A stretch of 63,420 nt of DNA, counting the filler, from Polymyxa betae A26-41 (Eukaryota > Protista > Endomyxa: Phytomyxea): the NCBI GenBank assembly GCA_003693705.1. It is 6 parts of 6 records of this genome, joined end to end, with 100 filler letters (N's around TTAATTAATTAA, not from the genome) between each part and the next. Parts side by side here need not be neighbours in the genome. Positions count along the whole stretch, not along the records: positions 36,325 to 52,623 come from RBZT01000252.1; 5 more parts are not named here. One strand, written 5' to 3'. The translations under genes and the position numbers were made by a program. The notes under the pieces were generated by a model. The model saw only the letters and a list, made by a program, of their open reading frames with translations, had not been told where the DNA came from and ran no database searches. Shown here piece after piece: positions 38,087 to 51,852 of the stretch; the stretch's first letter is position 1; every line of letters starts with the position of its first letter.

Positions 38087-39486
38087 TTACAGATAAAAGT
38101 TATTCATAAGTGCGAAGGCGTTGAGCGGATTTGAGAGCATAAACAAAGCACAAGCTGGACGATTACGGCGACGGAATCTTGGCAATGTCACGGCTTGCTC
38201 GACCTGAATCACAAAGCCATAAATTAACGAAAAGCAAAAGCCAAATTGACAAACAACAAAAGCAAATTCCCGTCTACTTGAAAAGAGATAAATCACATCC
38301 TCATCACAAATACAAAAAGTCGCAGAATCTCTCAGAAAAAAGAAATTGATCTCCAACCGACCTTTAGCTCTATTCCACGTCCAAAAAGTGCAGTTGTCCG
38401 GGTTCTTTAAAAGCATCTCGGAGAAATGACTGACGACCACAGCAAACCGTTTGCTCATTTGTGTCTTCAGTTTGAGCATATAACGAGAATCATGATCACG
38501 GACATCAAAAGAATCCAGAAGCATTTTGACACTGGTCGGTTCACGTAATAAAGCTGAGAGAACAGGACCCCAGGGCTTGCAATACTCTAACGACACAATC
38601 TTCTCAATCGCCAATTTAAATGCCTCCTCAGTGTGGATCCGCGTTAACACCTGTTGACGCTCGAATGTATACTGAAAGGGTGCCTTCTGTTGCAGAGCCC
38701 ATTCGAGCAAATCCTCGATGACCTTTCGCACTGTGGGCCGGGATTGATTCTCAATTATGACGAGATTATCAACCAAAACGACGATAGAATTGCCCAGATC
38801 ATGCACTTTCGCTGTCATTTTCCGATACTGATATTCACGTTCGTGAACGTAGAACCTGCGAAGTCCCAGATGGATTAACATAATTCTTTGTTGGACAGGA
38901 TTAGCCTCAGGGTATCCATTAGGTGGTAATTGATTGAGGTTCATAGAAGTGACAAGATGTTTAACATCCTCCAAGGAAACGTCTGCGGTTAATGATAGAC
39001 CCAGACTGTTATCAAATGCTGATGAAACCTCTATTAGAAAGCTCGAGACTTGATCATGATGTGTAATGTTACCGTCGTCAAACTGATTTTGAATGTCGTC
39101 AAGAAATTTCCGGGTTTCGTTGGCGACAGTCTACGAATCATATTGAGTTTGTCATGATCATACACGGATGTAATGTTACTAACGATGAAGTTTTCCACAG
39201 ATGAACTCAATTCGGCTGTGAAAGAGTCTGTGGGAGTGCTGGACTCTGATAACAGATATTGATGATCATTGGGTTCAGAATCATCCATTACAGGTGTGAG
39301 ATTCTGAACAGAAGAAGAACGTCAATATGAAGTCATTGTTATAGAGACGATCTATTCTCATACAAGATATGAGAGTAGAGTACGAAGAGAGATTTCCAGC
39401 AGAGAAAGATCGTCAGACAGTTCTGTGGCAGATGATACCGAGATCTGCTGCAGCAAGAGTATCACGAAGACGAATGTAAGAGCCAT
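38087..39486 (-). CDS. Secreted hypothetical protein, copy 1 (exon 39486-39364, 60-nt intron, frameshift near 39036)
   Basis: MALTFVFVILLLQQISVSSA signal peptide; phase-0 GTATGA...TTCAG intron 39363-39304; paralog of 42300-43552. Confidence 0.75.
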
Positions 39487-42299
39487 AATAATTAGGCAGC
39501 GGAATCAGGTCTGGGCTGGAAACTCTGCGGAGATCGAGATGGCAAATCGCGCGGAGATTGATCCGTCGGAGGTCTCGTCTCATTCGGATTAGTTCTCGGA
39601 TCAATCCGATTATCTGTGATCATGCCTTTTTTTTCGAATTCTTTCGAATCCTCGACCTTCATTCAAATTGAATCCTCATAAGCCGTAGATTTGATAGAAA
39701 ACAGATCGATTTTAGAGTCTAGGAAACAGCGGCATCGGCAATAACGTCAATGTTTGTCTTACAGAATAATCGATAATGTCTTGGCTTCTGAAGAGAGTGG
39801 GTTTTCTATCGTGTTCAGAATCGTTTGATCCTCCCGTTACTGCTTCTGTCGCGTTGACACAATGTGGACATCAGTGGATTACACTCTATCAACCTCCCAG
39901 ATGAAACTCGTTGCCAACAGGCGACATGTTATCAAGAAACTCTAGATTCAGGACCCACGGACGAAAACAAAGCCCTAGGTCCTAGTTTGGATGAATACAA
40001 TGAATTTATAAAACGCCGTCTTACATCTATCCCACACGTACGGAATACGAGAGTTGACAAGGGGTGACATGCAATAAACAATTATGAGTGGTGCACGGAA
40101 AAAATTTTAGGTGCAACAAAATTAATCGTGTTCGTTCTGGAAAGGGATTTTCTGCCAACGATATGGGATGCCAGACGGGCAGTGTTGCCCGGGCTGCCCA
40201 GCGAGCCGTGCTCGGATCCAATAGTTCATCAAAGAACAATTGGAGCAACTGGCAGTCTCCAAAATCGGCTCCAAGAAACGGCGAAATGCTGTTAAACGTT
40301 TACCCTGTGCTCATTGGCTCATTGCAATTTCTTTGTTTAACGGGTTGGTCAACTTTTTGCTCTCTGCTTTATCATCAGTTTCCATTATATAAAATCGCAA
40401 ATTCGAAAGAGCTTCAGGTTAATAAAAATCAAGGCGTTCTCGCCTTTTTCCAAATTGACCCCTCAATTGTGAATTGTATCTATATGGATGCTTATCGAGA
40501 GAAAATGGCGAATGTTTAAATGCTAAAGATGTGGAGCGTGAGAAGTGCTTCGGCCAAGAGCTGGAACTGTTTGCAGGAACGAGATGGGCCTCGGCCTGAG
40601 CCACCGAATGTTTCGAGACTTGTTGTTATTCCCTCCTAACACCCTCTTCCTGCACCTTTTGCCACGTTACTGCAACTCAGCGCTCACTACGAAAGTCTGC
40701 TCAGATCAGAATAATTTTCTTCATTCAGTAAGCAATCCAAGAAGCGGTGGGTCCCAGTTGACCCTAACAGTATATTGGTCATGGTCATTATCGCCAGTGG
40801 ACCGCACCCCAGTCGGTCACATTGAGCTCGCCTCCTTAATACACCCGTCCGAGCTTTCTGTGACCACAGTTCCGGGCTTGATGCTGTCGTGATGCTGATA
40901 GAACACAATCGGCGCCAACGCCTTCATAATCGCATCCGCGACCATCTCGATAGTCGGAAGGAGATTGTCACGAAATAAAGATTTACTGGAGATGATTACT
41001 GGCAATGGGACAAAGTAGGATGTCAGATATACGGATGGACCTCGTTTGGCAAAGTCAGACGGACGGGTAGTTCGGGACCTATTATTGCCCCCTCCAGCCA
41101 ATCTTTTCATCCAGCAGACGATTAAAGAACAGCGGATATAACTGGCTGGTTCCAAGATAATCGTCGAAGGGATACCTTTTGCCGAGTTTCCTTTCAACCT
41201 TGGCGTGGGCGCCAAGACATTTTACGGCTTGTCCGGCAAGAGAGAGACGAATCTGCATCAGATAATCAGTAGTTGTAAATGATGTAAAGGCTGGTAGCTC
41301 AGAAGGAAACCCTATCACCAACCTTCTTCCAATTACGCGCTCGAATATCGGGAACCTGTTCTCATTTTCGCTTTTATCATGCCCAGCATTCGGTGATACG
41401 ACTTCTCCAAAATTCGAAGAAGGTTTTGAAAGCCGATGATGCTGCGCCGATTTGATCTGGCCGCATATTCGACCGAATGTTTTCTGAAAGAATTTGATGT
41501 TCCAAACATGGTGGATCCGATATCTGATGGGCGATTCAAAACTGTTTACAAAGATGCATTGTTTCCTTATGTTTTTCAAAACAGTCCTCTGTGGTTTTCA
41601 AAGACGCGACGGATTCTCATGATTATCGATTGGTTGTAAATTTCAGGCGGCTCTCGCATTCCGTAATTTTGCTGAACTACAAGTTACAAACTGGACAGAA
41701 AATGATGCTAAAAATTGATTACAACAATCGATAGGAAGCTGGAGGCTGACCAGTTTGTTGCTTGATTGCATCGGAAGCACGCGGATGGTTGGGAGATTCA
41801 ACTCCACAACGAAGATACGCTCAAACTAGAGATAATTGTTTGAGTTCACGGTTTTGCCGAACCAGAATCACCTCTCTTGTTCATTGAGCGGATTAGTTTG
41901 CGCTGGAGAAGAATACGCAGGAAGAATCCGGCAGAAAGTAATGGTCGAACGGTTAGGGTTTCGGGTCGTCGTTGCTAACGACCTCGCGAGTCTCACGAAA
42001 TCGCAAACTTTGCTCCAAGCAGGCAAGGATGAAGACGACGTTATTCGAAATCCGCCCAAATACAGGTGTCCGATTCGTTTGATTAAGTAGTGATAAAATC
42101 GGGAATGAAATTGGCAAATGCCATCGCAGTTCGGTCCGCATCTGCAAAGTTCGCATTCGTGGTGTTCGTTTTGCATTGGTTTCCGCATAGTAGCCGTGAT
42201 GGGAAATCCGAGCATTGAGAAAATGGCAACCGGACGAATCAAATCAAATTTATTGATAAATGAGATGGCCTTGAGCGCGTTTGCAATCATTCTCATACG

Positions 42300-43552
42300 T
42301 AACCTTAGCTATGTCACGCTGGTATTGGCCTGAAACCACACAACCTTTAATCGACAGAGCAAAAATTCCCGTCAACTTGAAAAGACACACAAATAGAAAG
42401 CAGAAAATTGATATCAAACCGACATCTAGATTCTCTCCAATTCCAAAGAATCGAGCGGTCCGGGTGCTCTGAAAGTGACTGCTGGAAATTACCGACGATC
42501 ACAACAAACGTTTTTTTCAAAACCATCATCAGTCTGGGAAAGAGCACACAGTGAAGTTCTCTATCACAGTCATCCAATTAATCCATCAGATTTTTGACAC
42601 AGGACGGATCACGAAATAAATCTGAGAGAGCAGGACCCCAGGGCTGGCAGTACTCTGCCAACACGATCTTCTCAATCGCCAATTTGAACGTTTCCTGAGT
42701 GTGAATCCGCGTTAACACCGCTTGATTCTTAAATAGGTCCTGAAAGATTGCGTCCTGTTGCAGAGACCATTGGATCAGATCCAGTATGACCTCCCGCACT
42801 ATGGTCGGGGATTCATGTCCAATATCCACGAGATTATTGAGCAAGTAGAAGATATGATCGCCCAGAAGTTTCGCTCTTGATACCATATTCTGACCTTGGT
42901 TTTCACGTCTTTGAATGTAGAAATTGCGAAGTCCATTTTTGATTAACAGAATATCTTGTTGGACAGGATCCGGACATCCATAAGGTGGTAATTGATTGAC
43001 GTTCATAGAATTGACAAGATGGTTAACATTTACTTCCTTGAAGGCTGCGTCATGAACTGATGATGGACACAGACTGTTACTAAATGCTGATGAAACCTCA
43101 ATTAGAGCTCGAGACTTGATCATAATGTGTAATGTTACCTTCGTCAAACTGAGTTTGAATGTCGTCAAGAAATTTCTTGGTTTCTTTGGCGACAGTCTAC
43201 GAATCATATTGAGTTTGTCATGATCATACACAGATGTAATGTTACTAACAATGAAGTATTCCACAGATGAACTGAATTTGGCTGTAACAGAGTGTGTTGG
43301 AGTGCTGGACTTTGATAACAGAGATTGATGATCATTGGGTTCAGAATCATCCATTACAGGTTTGAAATTCTGATCAGCAGAAGAACGTCAATATGAAGTC
43401 ATTGTTATTAAGGCGATCTATTCTCATACATGATATGAGAGTAGAGTACGAAGAGAGATTTCCAGCTGTGAAAGATCGTCAGACAGTTCTGTGGCAGATG
43501 ATACCGAGATCTGCTGCAGCAAGAGTATCACGAAGATGAATGTAAAAGCCAT
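42300..43552 (-). CDS. Secreted hypothetical protein, copy 2 (exon 43552-43430, 60-nt intron, stop at 42578)
   Basis: MAFTFIFVILLLQQISVSSA; intron 43429-43370; homology to copy 1 continues past the stop. Confidence 0.75.
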
Positions 43553-45211
43553 AATAATTAGGCAGCGGAATCAGGTCTGGGCTCAGGACAACCATGAAAA
43601 TCAAGAGGACAAGAGATTGACCCGTCGGAAATGCGTGCTTATATCAATATCCGGCCGCGCCCCGCAGTTTTCTCGCCCAGTTTCGTTTTTTGGGGGGTTT
43701 TAGTCATAGGTCCGAGGTTTGGTGAAAAACGAGATTTTTCGATTAAAGTTAATAGTTTGGCCGCTTGAAACGACCTCCATTTCATATGGCTTGCGCCGGC
43801 TGTTAGAGACTGTCAATCTGCATTCCGTTTTTACAAGATGGTCATTCCACATAGAGCAAAGACATCAACATTATAGGACATTTGAATGGTTGCGACTGTG
43901 TTTAAGCAACCGCTCCATGGATGACCGCCAGAATCGGCTCCTCTACCCTCATAATATCTTTATAACTTGCTTTTAGCTTTCTGACAATTGGAGATCAACT
44001 CCAAAAAGTACGGTGATGATACAGTAGGCTGGGCTCAGTGACAGATAATGACGAAGTAATCAAAGGATTGAAAGAGCAAATCGAACATTTGGAAAAATCG
44101 AAATCAAAATAAATCCCGTTAAAATTTTCGTCCGCTTTAACAAATGTCTGCCTACAGAAATTGTCTGTATCTAAAACAGTTCAGTAAAAACCGCCGAGTC
44201 TTTTATATACTTCGGGGCTCAACTAATTGCTAATAAGGCGCATTCGCATTCCACTTTCTATATAGCACCACACAAACCCGCACAGGCAATCATCAAGCGA
44301 TCTGCCGCTCTCAAAGCGTAGCGGAAACAACGGATTAGTCAGATGATGCTCCAGCATTCATTTCTAATGAGTTACTCAATCAAAACCTGAGCATGGATCT
44401 TGGCTGGAATGCACAGCGCCGCCAATGGGTCTACGACCCGCATATATTTGATAAATGAGAACATTTACAGGCTGCATGAAGTCTACACAGATTCCCCTGA
44501 TCTTTCCAATGTCGAACAATTCCCCTTGCAGAAGCTAAATTGAGTAACTTGAGATCAGAAACAGCATTGGCTGTTCTAACGCGTAGCAATTTACTAGCAG
44601 CTGATTTCGCGAGTCTGGACGGCTTTGGTGAAGATTGGACTCCGTTCGGATTAGCCCAAGCCGCATTCGGCAAGTAATCCCCGAATCAGATCACCAAAGG
44701 ACAGATTTAAAATGTTTCCACACATGAAGGAGATCGAAGTCGCTGTGTCTAACAAAGGAGTACGAAGCGAGAGACATCTGGCCAATATAAAGCTGGAAAG
44801 TTGATACCCGATTGCGAAGGAGCTACTCGCTTTGGACAGGCGGTGGCTTAACCCGAGACCATGATTCTGTATGAGGAGCGATATTCCCGGGGAACTGCGG
44901 GCTGCGCCCGGGAAATACAAAAGAATAAAATCTGCGTCACCTGATAGTGACTGATACTGTCCGAAATTATGAACGCGGAAAGATTTTCGAAAATCAGAGA
45001 TTGGTGCGCGAGACTGACGCACTTTTATTTTTTGACGCGTAGTTTGTTGCGCAGCCTCCTCGCACAAACCTTTGCGAGAGTCATCTTCCCATATCTGATA
45101 TCTCTCTTCATTGCCCAGCTGTTTCCTGGCATAAGGTCGAATTCTCATCCAATCGCAGCCAGAAACTTGTATGTATTATACAGCGAATTACAATAAATGT
45201 TTTCCTCCTTG

Positions 45212-45604
45212 TTACTGTTTAACCTTCGTCAACTTGACATTCAAATTGCCTCGCGAAACGCCCAGCGGGATCACTCCTGTGAACGGCGCGTTGCCGCACT
45301 TTGCGAGGGCCTCCTTGACGCCGCGCTCCCAGCGACCCTTCGACACCGTGATCGTGGCGCCCTCAACCGTCGGCTTCAGATCGAATCGCGCCGTCTGGAA
45401 CACGCCCACGGTCGTCTTTGGATTGCCTTGGCATTTCTGGATCTTGCCGGCGATTCCGCCGCAGATGGCCAGTACGGCCCGGTTAATATGCCGGCGATCG
45501 ATCGAGGTTCCGGGTGAGGTGCATCGCAGGTTGTTGATGTCGGCGGCCTGAACGATGAAGGCTGCGACGAGCATGGCGAATGCGACGGAAACGATGAAGC
45601 GCAT
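45212..45604 (-). CDS. Small secreted 4-Cys protein (130 aa)
   Basis: Intact GC3-rich ORF; signal peptide MRFIVSVAFAMLVAAFIVQA; basic mature part. Confidence 0.9.
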   Translation of the reverse strand: MRFIVSVAFAMLVAAFIVQAADINNLRCTSPGTSIDRRHINRAVLAICGGIAGKIQKCQGNPKTTVGVFQTARFDLKPTVEGATITVSKGRWERGVKEALAKCGNAPFTGVIPLGVSRGNLNVKLTKVKQ

Positions 45605-46479
45605 GGTGGAAGGGTCTGGAAGAAACGGGTCTGTAGGGGAAGGTCAGCCGCCAGTTACAAGCAGAAGGCGCTGTTGATAATGAAATTCAGACAGACCGAG
45701 ATGGACCATTTGAATGGCGGACAGAATCCAGACAATTCTGGATCGACCATTTGAAAACCGAAATCGCTGTTTATACAGCAGTTGGAATTTCCATGATCTG
45801 CTTCTGAGTTTTTAGAAATATTACGGATCTAACATCCAATCGCCTGTGCAATATACAATAGAAATATCCGATCACAATATTAAACTCAATCGATCCTCAG
45901 AAATCATTTCTCAACTATAAAAGACAAACATTGATGTTATTGCCGATACCGCATCTTCATGGACTCTGGAACAAGCCTTCTCGTTCAACAAACCGATAAA
46001 CTCGATCCCGGAAGGCTGAGTCTTTACCAGCCCGGAGACTGGGGTCTATTCTAAGTTGGACAAAATAAAAACACAATAATGTAACAAAACAGAGCACAGT
46101 CACCAGTTAGCCTCCCGGCAGAGTGTTGTAACATCGATTGAGATATCACGATTTCTGATCTGATGAAATACTCTAACGAATGGGTCCATATGACAAGACG
46201 CTCATTCGATGCCCAGAAGGTCGTCGTCGTCTTGCCAAGTTTTCGTTCAAAACAGAGAGGTTCTGATTCAAGGACCGAATACTCTGGGCATCGATTTAGG
46301 CCGCTCCTTGAATGAGACTGGAGCGGCCTTTTTGCAGGTCATCATGGCGGAGCCTCCTGACATCATCAATGTCTCCTATATAAACACACTCTCGATTGTT
46401 GTCGTGGATTTAAATCCAAAGGAGGAAGGTTGCTGAAGCATTGTCGTTTCAGACCCTGTAAACCCTTCAGAAGCTTCTG

Positions 46480-48196
46480 ATAGATCAGGCTCTGTGTGGG
46501 AAATATCTGCACAGCCTCCTGCAATAAGAACAAGAAGAATCCTATCCCGCTGGTTTGCTGATCAGCATCACTTTTGATGAACATAGAAAAATACGGAGCT
46601 TTAGGCATTGGTAGAGCAGAGTGAAATTAAACAGTCTTTTATAGATCAACTAGTCTGGTTAAATTTACTGCAGGTAGAGCAGGACATTGTCCAGTATGTC
46701 CAGGACAGTAATTCTTTCGAAATTGATAATGATTTATATATAATGTCCAAATATATGAGAGAAATAATTGACATCACTATTACAGTGATGTTCAAGACAG
46801 TACAATATTGGATTCAAAGATTCTTCGAGATATTCACTCAGACCAGATGATGGATTCGAATTCTGCTCCTTCATGTAATTATTCATTCGCTGAATACACT
46901 TCAACAAAATCCTCTGTGATACACTCAGAAAATATACAAACTTGAAACAGTAATACCGTCTTAAGTCCTTTCATAGAATATCTCAATAGACAATGATCAC
47001 GGAATTCTCTATCAAAAACTAGTTGTGATTTGATCGAGTATTCCGTATTGTTACTGACAATAAGAGTCTCAAATCCGCACTGTTTACTCTTTCCATTGTG
47101 CCTAGAACAACGCGTGTCAAAATGACTATGCGAAAACGGCTTTCCCCATCGAAATTGAAAAATTCGAAGATCATTCTGACAGCAAATTCTAACAAATGAC
47201 AGTACTGGGTAGCATGTTTCCCTCTGCCAATGACGACAGCCTTCACGTTCCACATTGAAGTTCGGGTCGGTTATTGTGGCCCGAACTAATTTCAGACATA
47301 AACTGGCCACCAATATCAGCTTCTGCAAGGTGGTCTCCGAAGTTGAGATTTCCGAGGTTTTGGTCAATATGATCTGATCGTCGAGGACTTTGATAATAAT
47401 GGGACCTTTTGCAGCGTATTTTTTTCTTCCATTTGATGAGAACGATATGTTCGTATCAGAAAGAAAAGCGTACTCGTCATCATCAGGCTGCTTTTTCTGA
47501 ATTATATTTTCAGATGGAGATTCCTCATTCAATAGGAATAAATCTCACCAAAAAAGCACACAGAGTAGTGTAGTCTGTGATTTTCTCGACACCAAAATCA
47601 AACAATTTCAAAAATTCAGGCACAGCGGTAAACAATGGCAGACTGGGTTGCTTTGATGATGAACTAAATTTCATCCGTTTCAAAGACGGATTTTCGTCAC
47701 TCTGTAGATCAGGAGGATCAATAGAGATGGATGAACTATCTTGGAACAAATTCATCAGTTGATAGGCAGCTGACAGTTTAGATCGGCATTCATCTCCGGA
47801 ACATTCCTTGAAATGTTTTCGATGATTGAAGGGATTCCCCCAGAGTGTTTGAAATCTCCGGATCTTTCTGACAGCATTCCATGACACATCGGAGTACAGG
47901 ACGACACACAATATAGATCCAATTCCGCATACTAAAATCGTCCTTCTGACATGACCATTCATATTTCCGGGTGGCCCAGGTTAATTTCCGATACAGATTC
48001 GCGATCAGAATCAGCTTTTGTAACGTGCTCTGAGCATAACGGATTCGTTTGATTTCGCTCACATCCAGATCATGTCCTTTCACATTGATAACTAATTGAG
48101 AGTTGATCTTGGAGTTTTGAACTGCATCACCATCGGTTTGAAGACAGAGAATGAAGTTCTTCATCATTCGGCTCTTTGATCTAATCTACAGTCAAT
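46480..48196 (-). pseudogene. LQKLIL-repeat family copy lacking its 5' end, frameshifted
   Basis: ORFs 47790-48167, 47525-47962 and 46879-47532 form an inverted paralog of 56325-57822. Confidence 0.75.
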
Positions 48197-48957
48197 ATAC
48201 AGAGGGACAGAAAAGGCGTCAAAATTCACCAGAAACTTGCAGCCGATATATAGGTGTACCAATATTAATTCATTATTGATTGCGATGCATTGTGACAGAT
48301 TCCTCTCGTGCTTGTTATTGAGAGTCGATGGTAGTCTTTGTACTTGCAGTCTGTGGCATTATTTGTTCTTTTTTATTTTTTATCTTAGTGCTCCTGACCA
48401 ACATCGCTTGGTGAACGCATATTCTTGACCAACACCACCTCACTTAAATATCTAACCTTGCTCTATAGCGTAATAGCGTAATAGATAACATAATTCCCTT
48501 TTTTCCTATCTTTCTTCAGATTCATTCAATCTCTCGTCTACATGGACAGGCGATCCCTACTAACACCTCCGACCTACTGGGAGCTCCTTTCACTTCGGGC
48601 CAGTACGACGGCGCAACCCATGGCTCACGTCAGATCGCGCGCTGCCGCACAATCAGCGGCAAATTTGCTATCGTTCTCTGGAATCTTCCGTTCCGATCTA
48701 ACCTTACACTGACAATCGATCATCGCAAAGGCGTTCGCGCGCTCGCACTTGGAGAGCGCACTCCACCTCTCTAAGTTCACAGCCCCAAACATGACCCCTG
48801 GACGGCGCCCTTCGGATTCTCGCCGCCTCAGTCGTCTGTGTCGGACGCGGCACTGTAACCCAACACCGCGCTCTCGGGCTCGACTCTTACCGCAGCCGAC
48901 TACCTACTCTCACGATCCGCCGATATCGCCGTATCTACTCTCGGAAGAACAAACACT

Positions 48958-49188
48958 TTGTTCTTCGCCTACGCGCAGACCGCGTGCAAAGATCTAACAC
49001 GTTCACGGTGGACCAGCGAGCAGAAAGGCCTGCTGATGGAGCTACGACGATTGATCGAGAATTCGCCACCGACCCACCTGATAACAGGCGCCTGGAACTC
49101 ATGGCCAGAGCCGAAGAACTATCGCTGCAGCCTCTTCGGTCGTGCTGGAATCTGCTGGCTCGTACCCGCCGTACCGCTGCTGAACTGA
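48958..49188 (+). pseudogene. Possible Myb/SANT-like domain remnant
   Basis: RSRWTSEQKGLLMELR...AW spacing; frameshifted surroundings. Confidence 0.3.
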
Positions 49189-51369
49189 CCAAAGGCCCCC
49201 GTTTCTGTCACTGGTCGCCTCGATTCCATGACCCATCCGCGAATCATCTCTGAGGCCGCTAATTATGTGGTATCTGGGTCCCGGGACATCCCGTCTGCCC
49301 AAAGTGCCAAACCCTAAGTACGACCTGAGTGCTGAAGGCTGGAAATTGTGTTTCCTGTCACATCGATAGGAACAATTTAAAAGTGACAGAGCCGAATTCG
49401 AAGCATTCGCTGAAGAGTTCAAACAACAAAATCGAAGAGGTGGAGCTTGCTGGATTGGCACAGAACCGATTTATTCCTCCTGACCTAAAAGCTAAGAGCA
49501 TCGAGCTCAACAGCCATCGCACTTTCAGATGTTCTCAAATAATGACACTGATCGAAAGAGGCTTCTTGCCAGGCACCAATGTCGCATGAAAACGGAAAGG
49601 CTTAAACTATGTCAAACGCTGGCCAGGTACACGATTTTGCACGCAAAGTTTGGTGGTGCACCCACCTGCTGATCGTCACTGTCAAAAGTGGGTGCAATAT
49701 TTTGCAGGCATCCAAAAGAGGGTTCAAAACTTTGAACCTGACTTTAAACGCTGAATAGAATCACGTTTACAGCTATACCATCGATCGTTTCTGAAGTATG
49801 GATGCATGCGGTGAATTTTTTCCTCCCCCAGCTCTGATGGCACTGAATCCATTGGCCCGACTATGGTTCCAACCTCTCCAGAGCCGCTGCTTGGAAACCA
49901 AAGATTGGACGTGATAAAATCACGTTCCAAGAAGCTCAGCGTTTTGATGGCATCTCATCGGCAGCATTACAGCGTTTGGTCCAATGACAGGAAGAATCGA
50001 AGGCTGGTTAAGAGGTGACGCCGAAAGAGATTTGGCCAAAGGTTGTCTAATCGAACGTACTATCATATCGTGTAATGATACCGCAGCAGATTTACAGCGA
50101 GTATTTGAACATTTATGTGATGTGACTGTCTGCTGTTCAATTTGGTCTGGTTTACGATAAGTGGCAAAAGCAGGTCTCAGATAACTTTGACAAGCAAACA
50201 AGGCTCAGTTTACGGAAATGTTATAATGTACGAAATTTGCTGCAGAAGACAATAGACAGACAGGCGGAGGCTCACAACTTTCTATGGTTACTAAATAGCA
50301 ACACAACACAAAAACGGGTGTGTTGTATGGACGTTAAAATGAAGAGTCTTTCAGAGTCCAGAAAATTTTCTGAATGTCCACAGATTCGAGACAGATCCTC
50401 AACTGTGATAATGAAGAAGGATGGGATAAAAGGGTAGAATTTTGAATGATCTTCGACATTTTCCATTTTCACAATCATCCAAATATTCTACAAAACAAAG
50501 GTTGCGATCGTAGAATCCCCTCCGCACATTGGGAAGGGGTGGTTCATAATTACGCAATACTGTATACGGACTACGGTACCGGTATCTCCAATCAATAGGT
50601 CTGTTTTCATCAAATTTAGGACTTATGAGGATTCAAATTAAATCGAGGTCGTGGATTCGGAAGATTTCCAATTCCTGTCAAGTGTAGCAATCTGTCTACG
50701 ACAACGAAATCCCAAACGTGTGATAGACAGTAGAATAATTCTGATTCTGTATTTCCGAAATTAGACATGGTCATGGCGTACGGACCTCTCGACGCCGAAC
50801 GGAACTTGGTAGCTGTACAATTTTTAGTGCAGCTTGTCATTCTTGAGCTTGGTCGCAGTTTTAAAACTTTCAGATTTACGCGTGTGTGGTTCCTGCCGCT
50901 ATTCAATTTCAGTCCCGATTGATGTCTTCCTAATAAAGGTTAAAATAGTCTGTCTTTATATATTCATCATATTCAATCATCATCCCACATTGTTCATGTA
51001 GTCGAATCGTTCAGCGCCAGTCCAAGATCCCATACAATTCGGGAAATTTTTCTATCGCAAGTGAATAGATGGGCTGCGCATCCGCCAGCCTGTTGGCGGA
51101 TGGGAAACTGCGCCATCGCCATCCGCCAACAACCCCATCTTTCTTCTTTATTGTCGATAAGACCATAACTCGCTTGTAACATGTCTTCTTGGAGGATAAT
51201 TCAAGTACAAACACTTTTTTCATATTGAATCCGTGGGAATGTTCGTGCTCTAGTACTATAACGATAAAATAGGGATAAAAGAGAGATAATAGAGTGATAT
51301 TCACGTAATAGCCCATTGTCTACCACGAGCAATGACGACTCGTTTTCGCTTAGAGCATCTAAAGCACTC

Positions 51370-51415
51370 ACTGGGGTTCTGGCAAAGTTTTGTAAAACTT
51401 TGCCAGAACCCCAGT
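51370..51415. repeat. Perfect inverted repeat, 22-bp arms, 2-nt centre
   Basis: ACTGGGGTTCTGGCAAAGTTTT-GT-AAAACTTTGCCAGAACCCCAGT. Confidence 0.95.
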
Positions 51416-51585
51416 ATGATGGCAAGGTTTAGGCAAGGTTTAGAGGATTGGGTGCGTGGGTGCGAGGTTTAGGCAAGGTTTGGAGATATTGTGTAGTTTA
51501 AAGGAACCCACCAACCTTCTTCCAGAAATACCATTATAATACAAATTGAATTCTGTATTAAATAAGTTAGTACCAACTCTCATAT

Positions 51586-51809
51586 GCGAAGAATTTTTGG
51601 GTGTTTTCTCTTCGCAGACCCCCCAGAAATTTTTTTTTTTNNNNNNNNNNNNNNNNNNNNNNNNNNNNNNNNNNNNNNNNNNNNNNNNNNNNNNNNNNNN
51701 NNNNNNNNNNNNNNNNNNNNNNNNNNNNNNNNNNNNNNNTTTTACTTTGAAACAGAAAAAAACACCTTCAATTCCTTCGCTTTTCACAAATTCCTTCGCT
51801 TTTAGATAT
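51586..51809. repeat. Left foldback direct repeat flanking the HNH gene (contains the 99-N gap)
   Basis: Shares GCGAAG, TTTTCTCTTCGCAGACCC and TTTACTTTGAAACAGAAAAAA...(AATTCCTTCGCTTTT)x2-AGATAT with 52418-52572. Confidence 0.85.
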
Positions 51810-51823
51810 TATTGTATTAAGTA

Positions 51824-51831
51824 AAAATTGA
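51824..51831 (+). promoter_or_regulatory. AAAATTGA, Mimiviridae-type early promoter motif
   Basis: Exact motif ending 21 nt before the HNH ATG; the AT-rich context raises the chance of a random match. Confidence 0.45.
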
Positions 51832-51852
51832 ATTTGTATAAAAATATATCAT

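Noticed and set aside
40027-42296. Several minus-strand ORFs including a Cys-rich HECELCRCGPNCDGICQFH segment
   Set aside because: Probably a decayed gene, but no family or structure could be supported.
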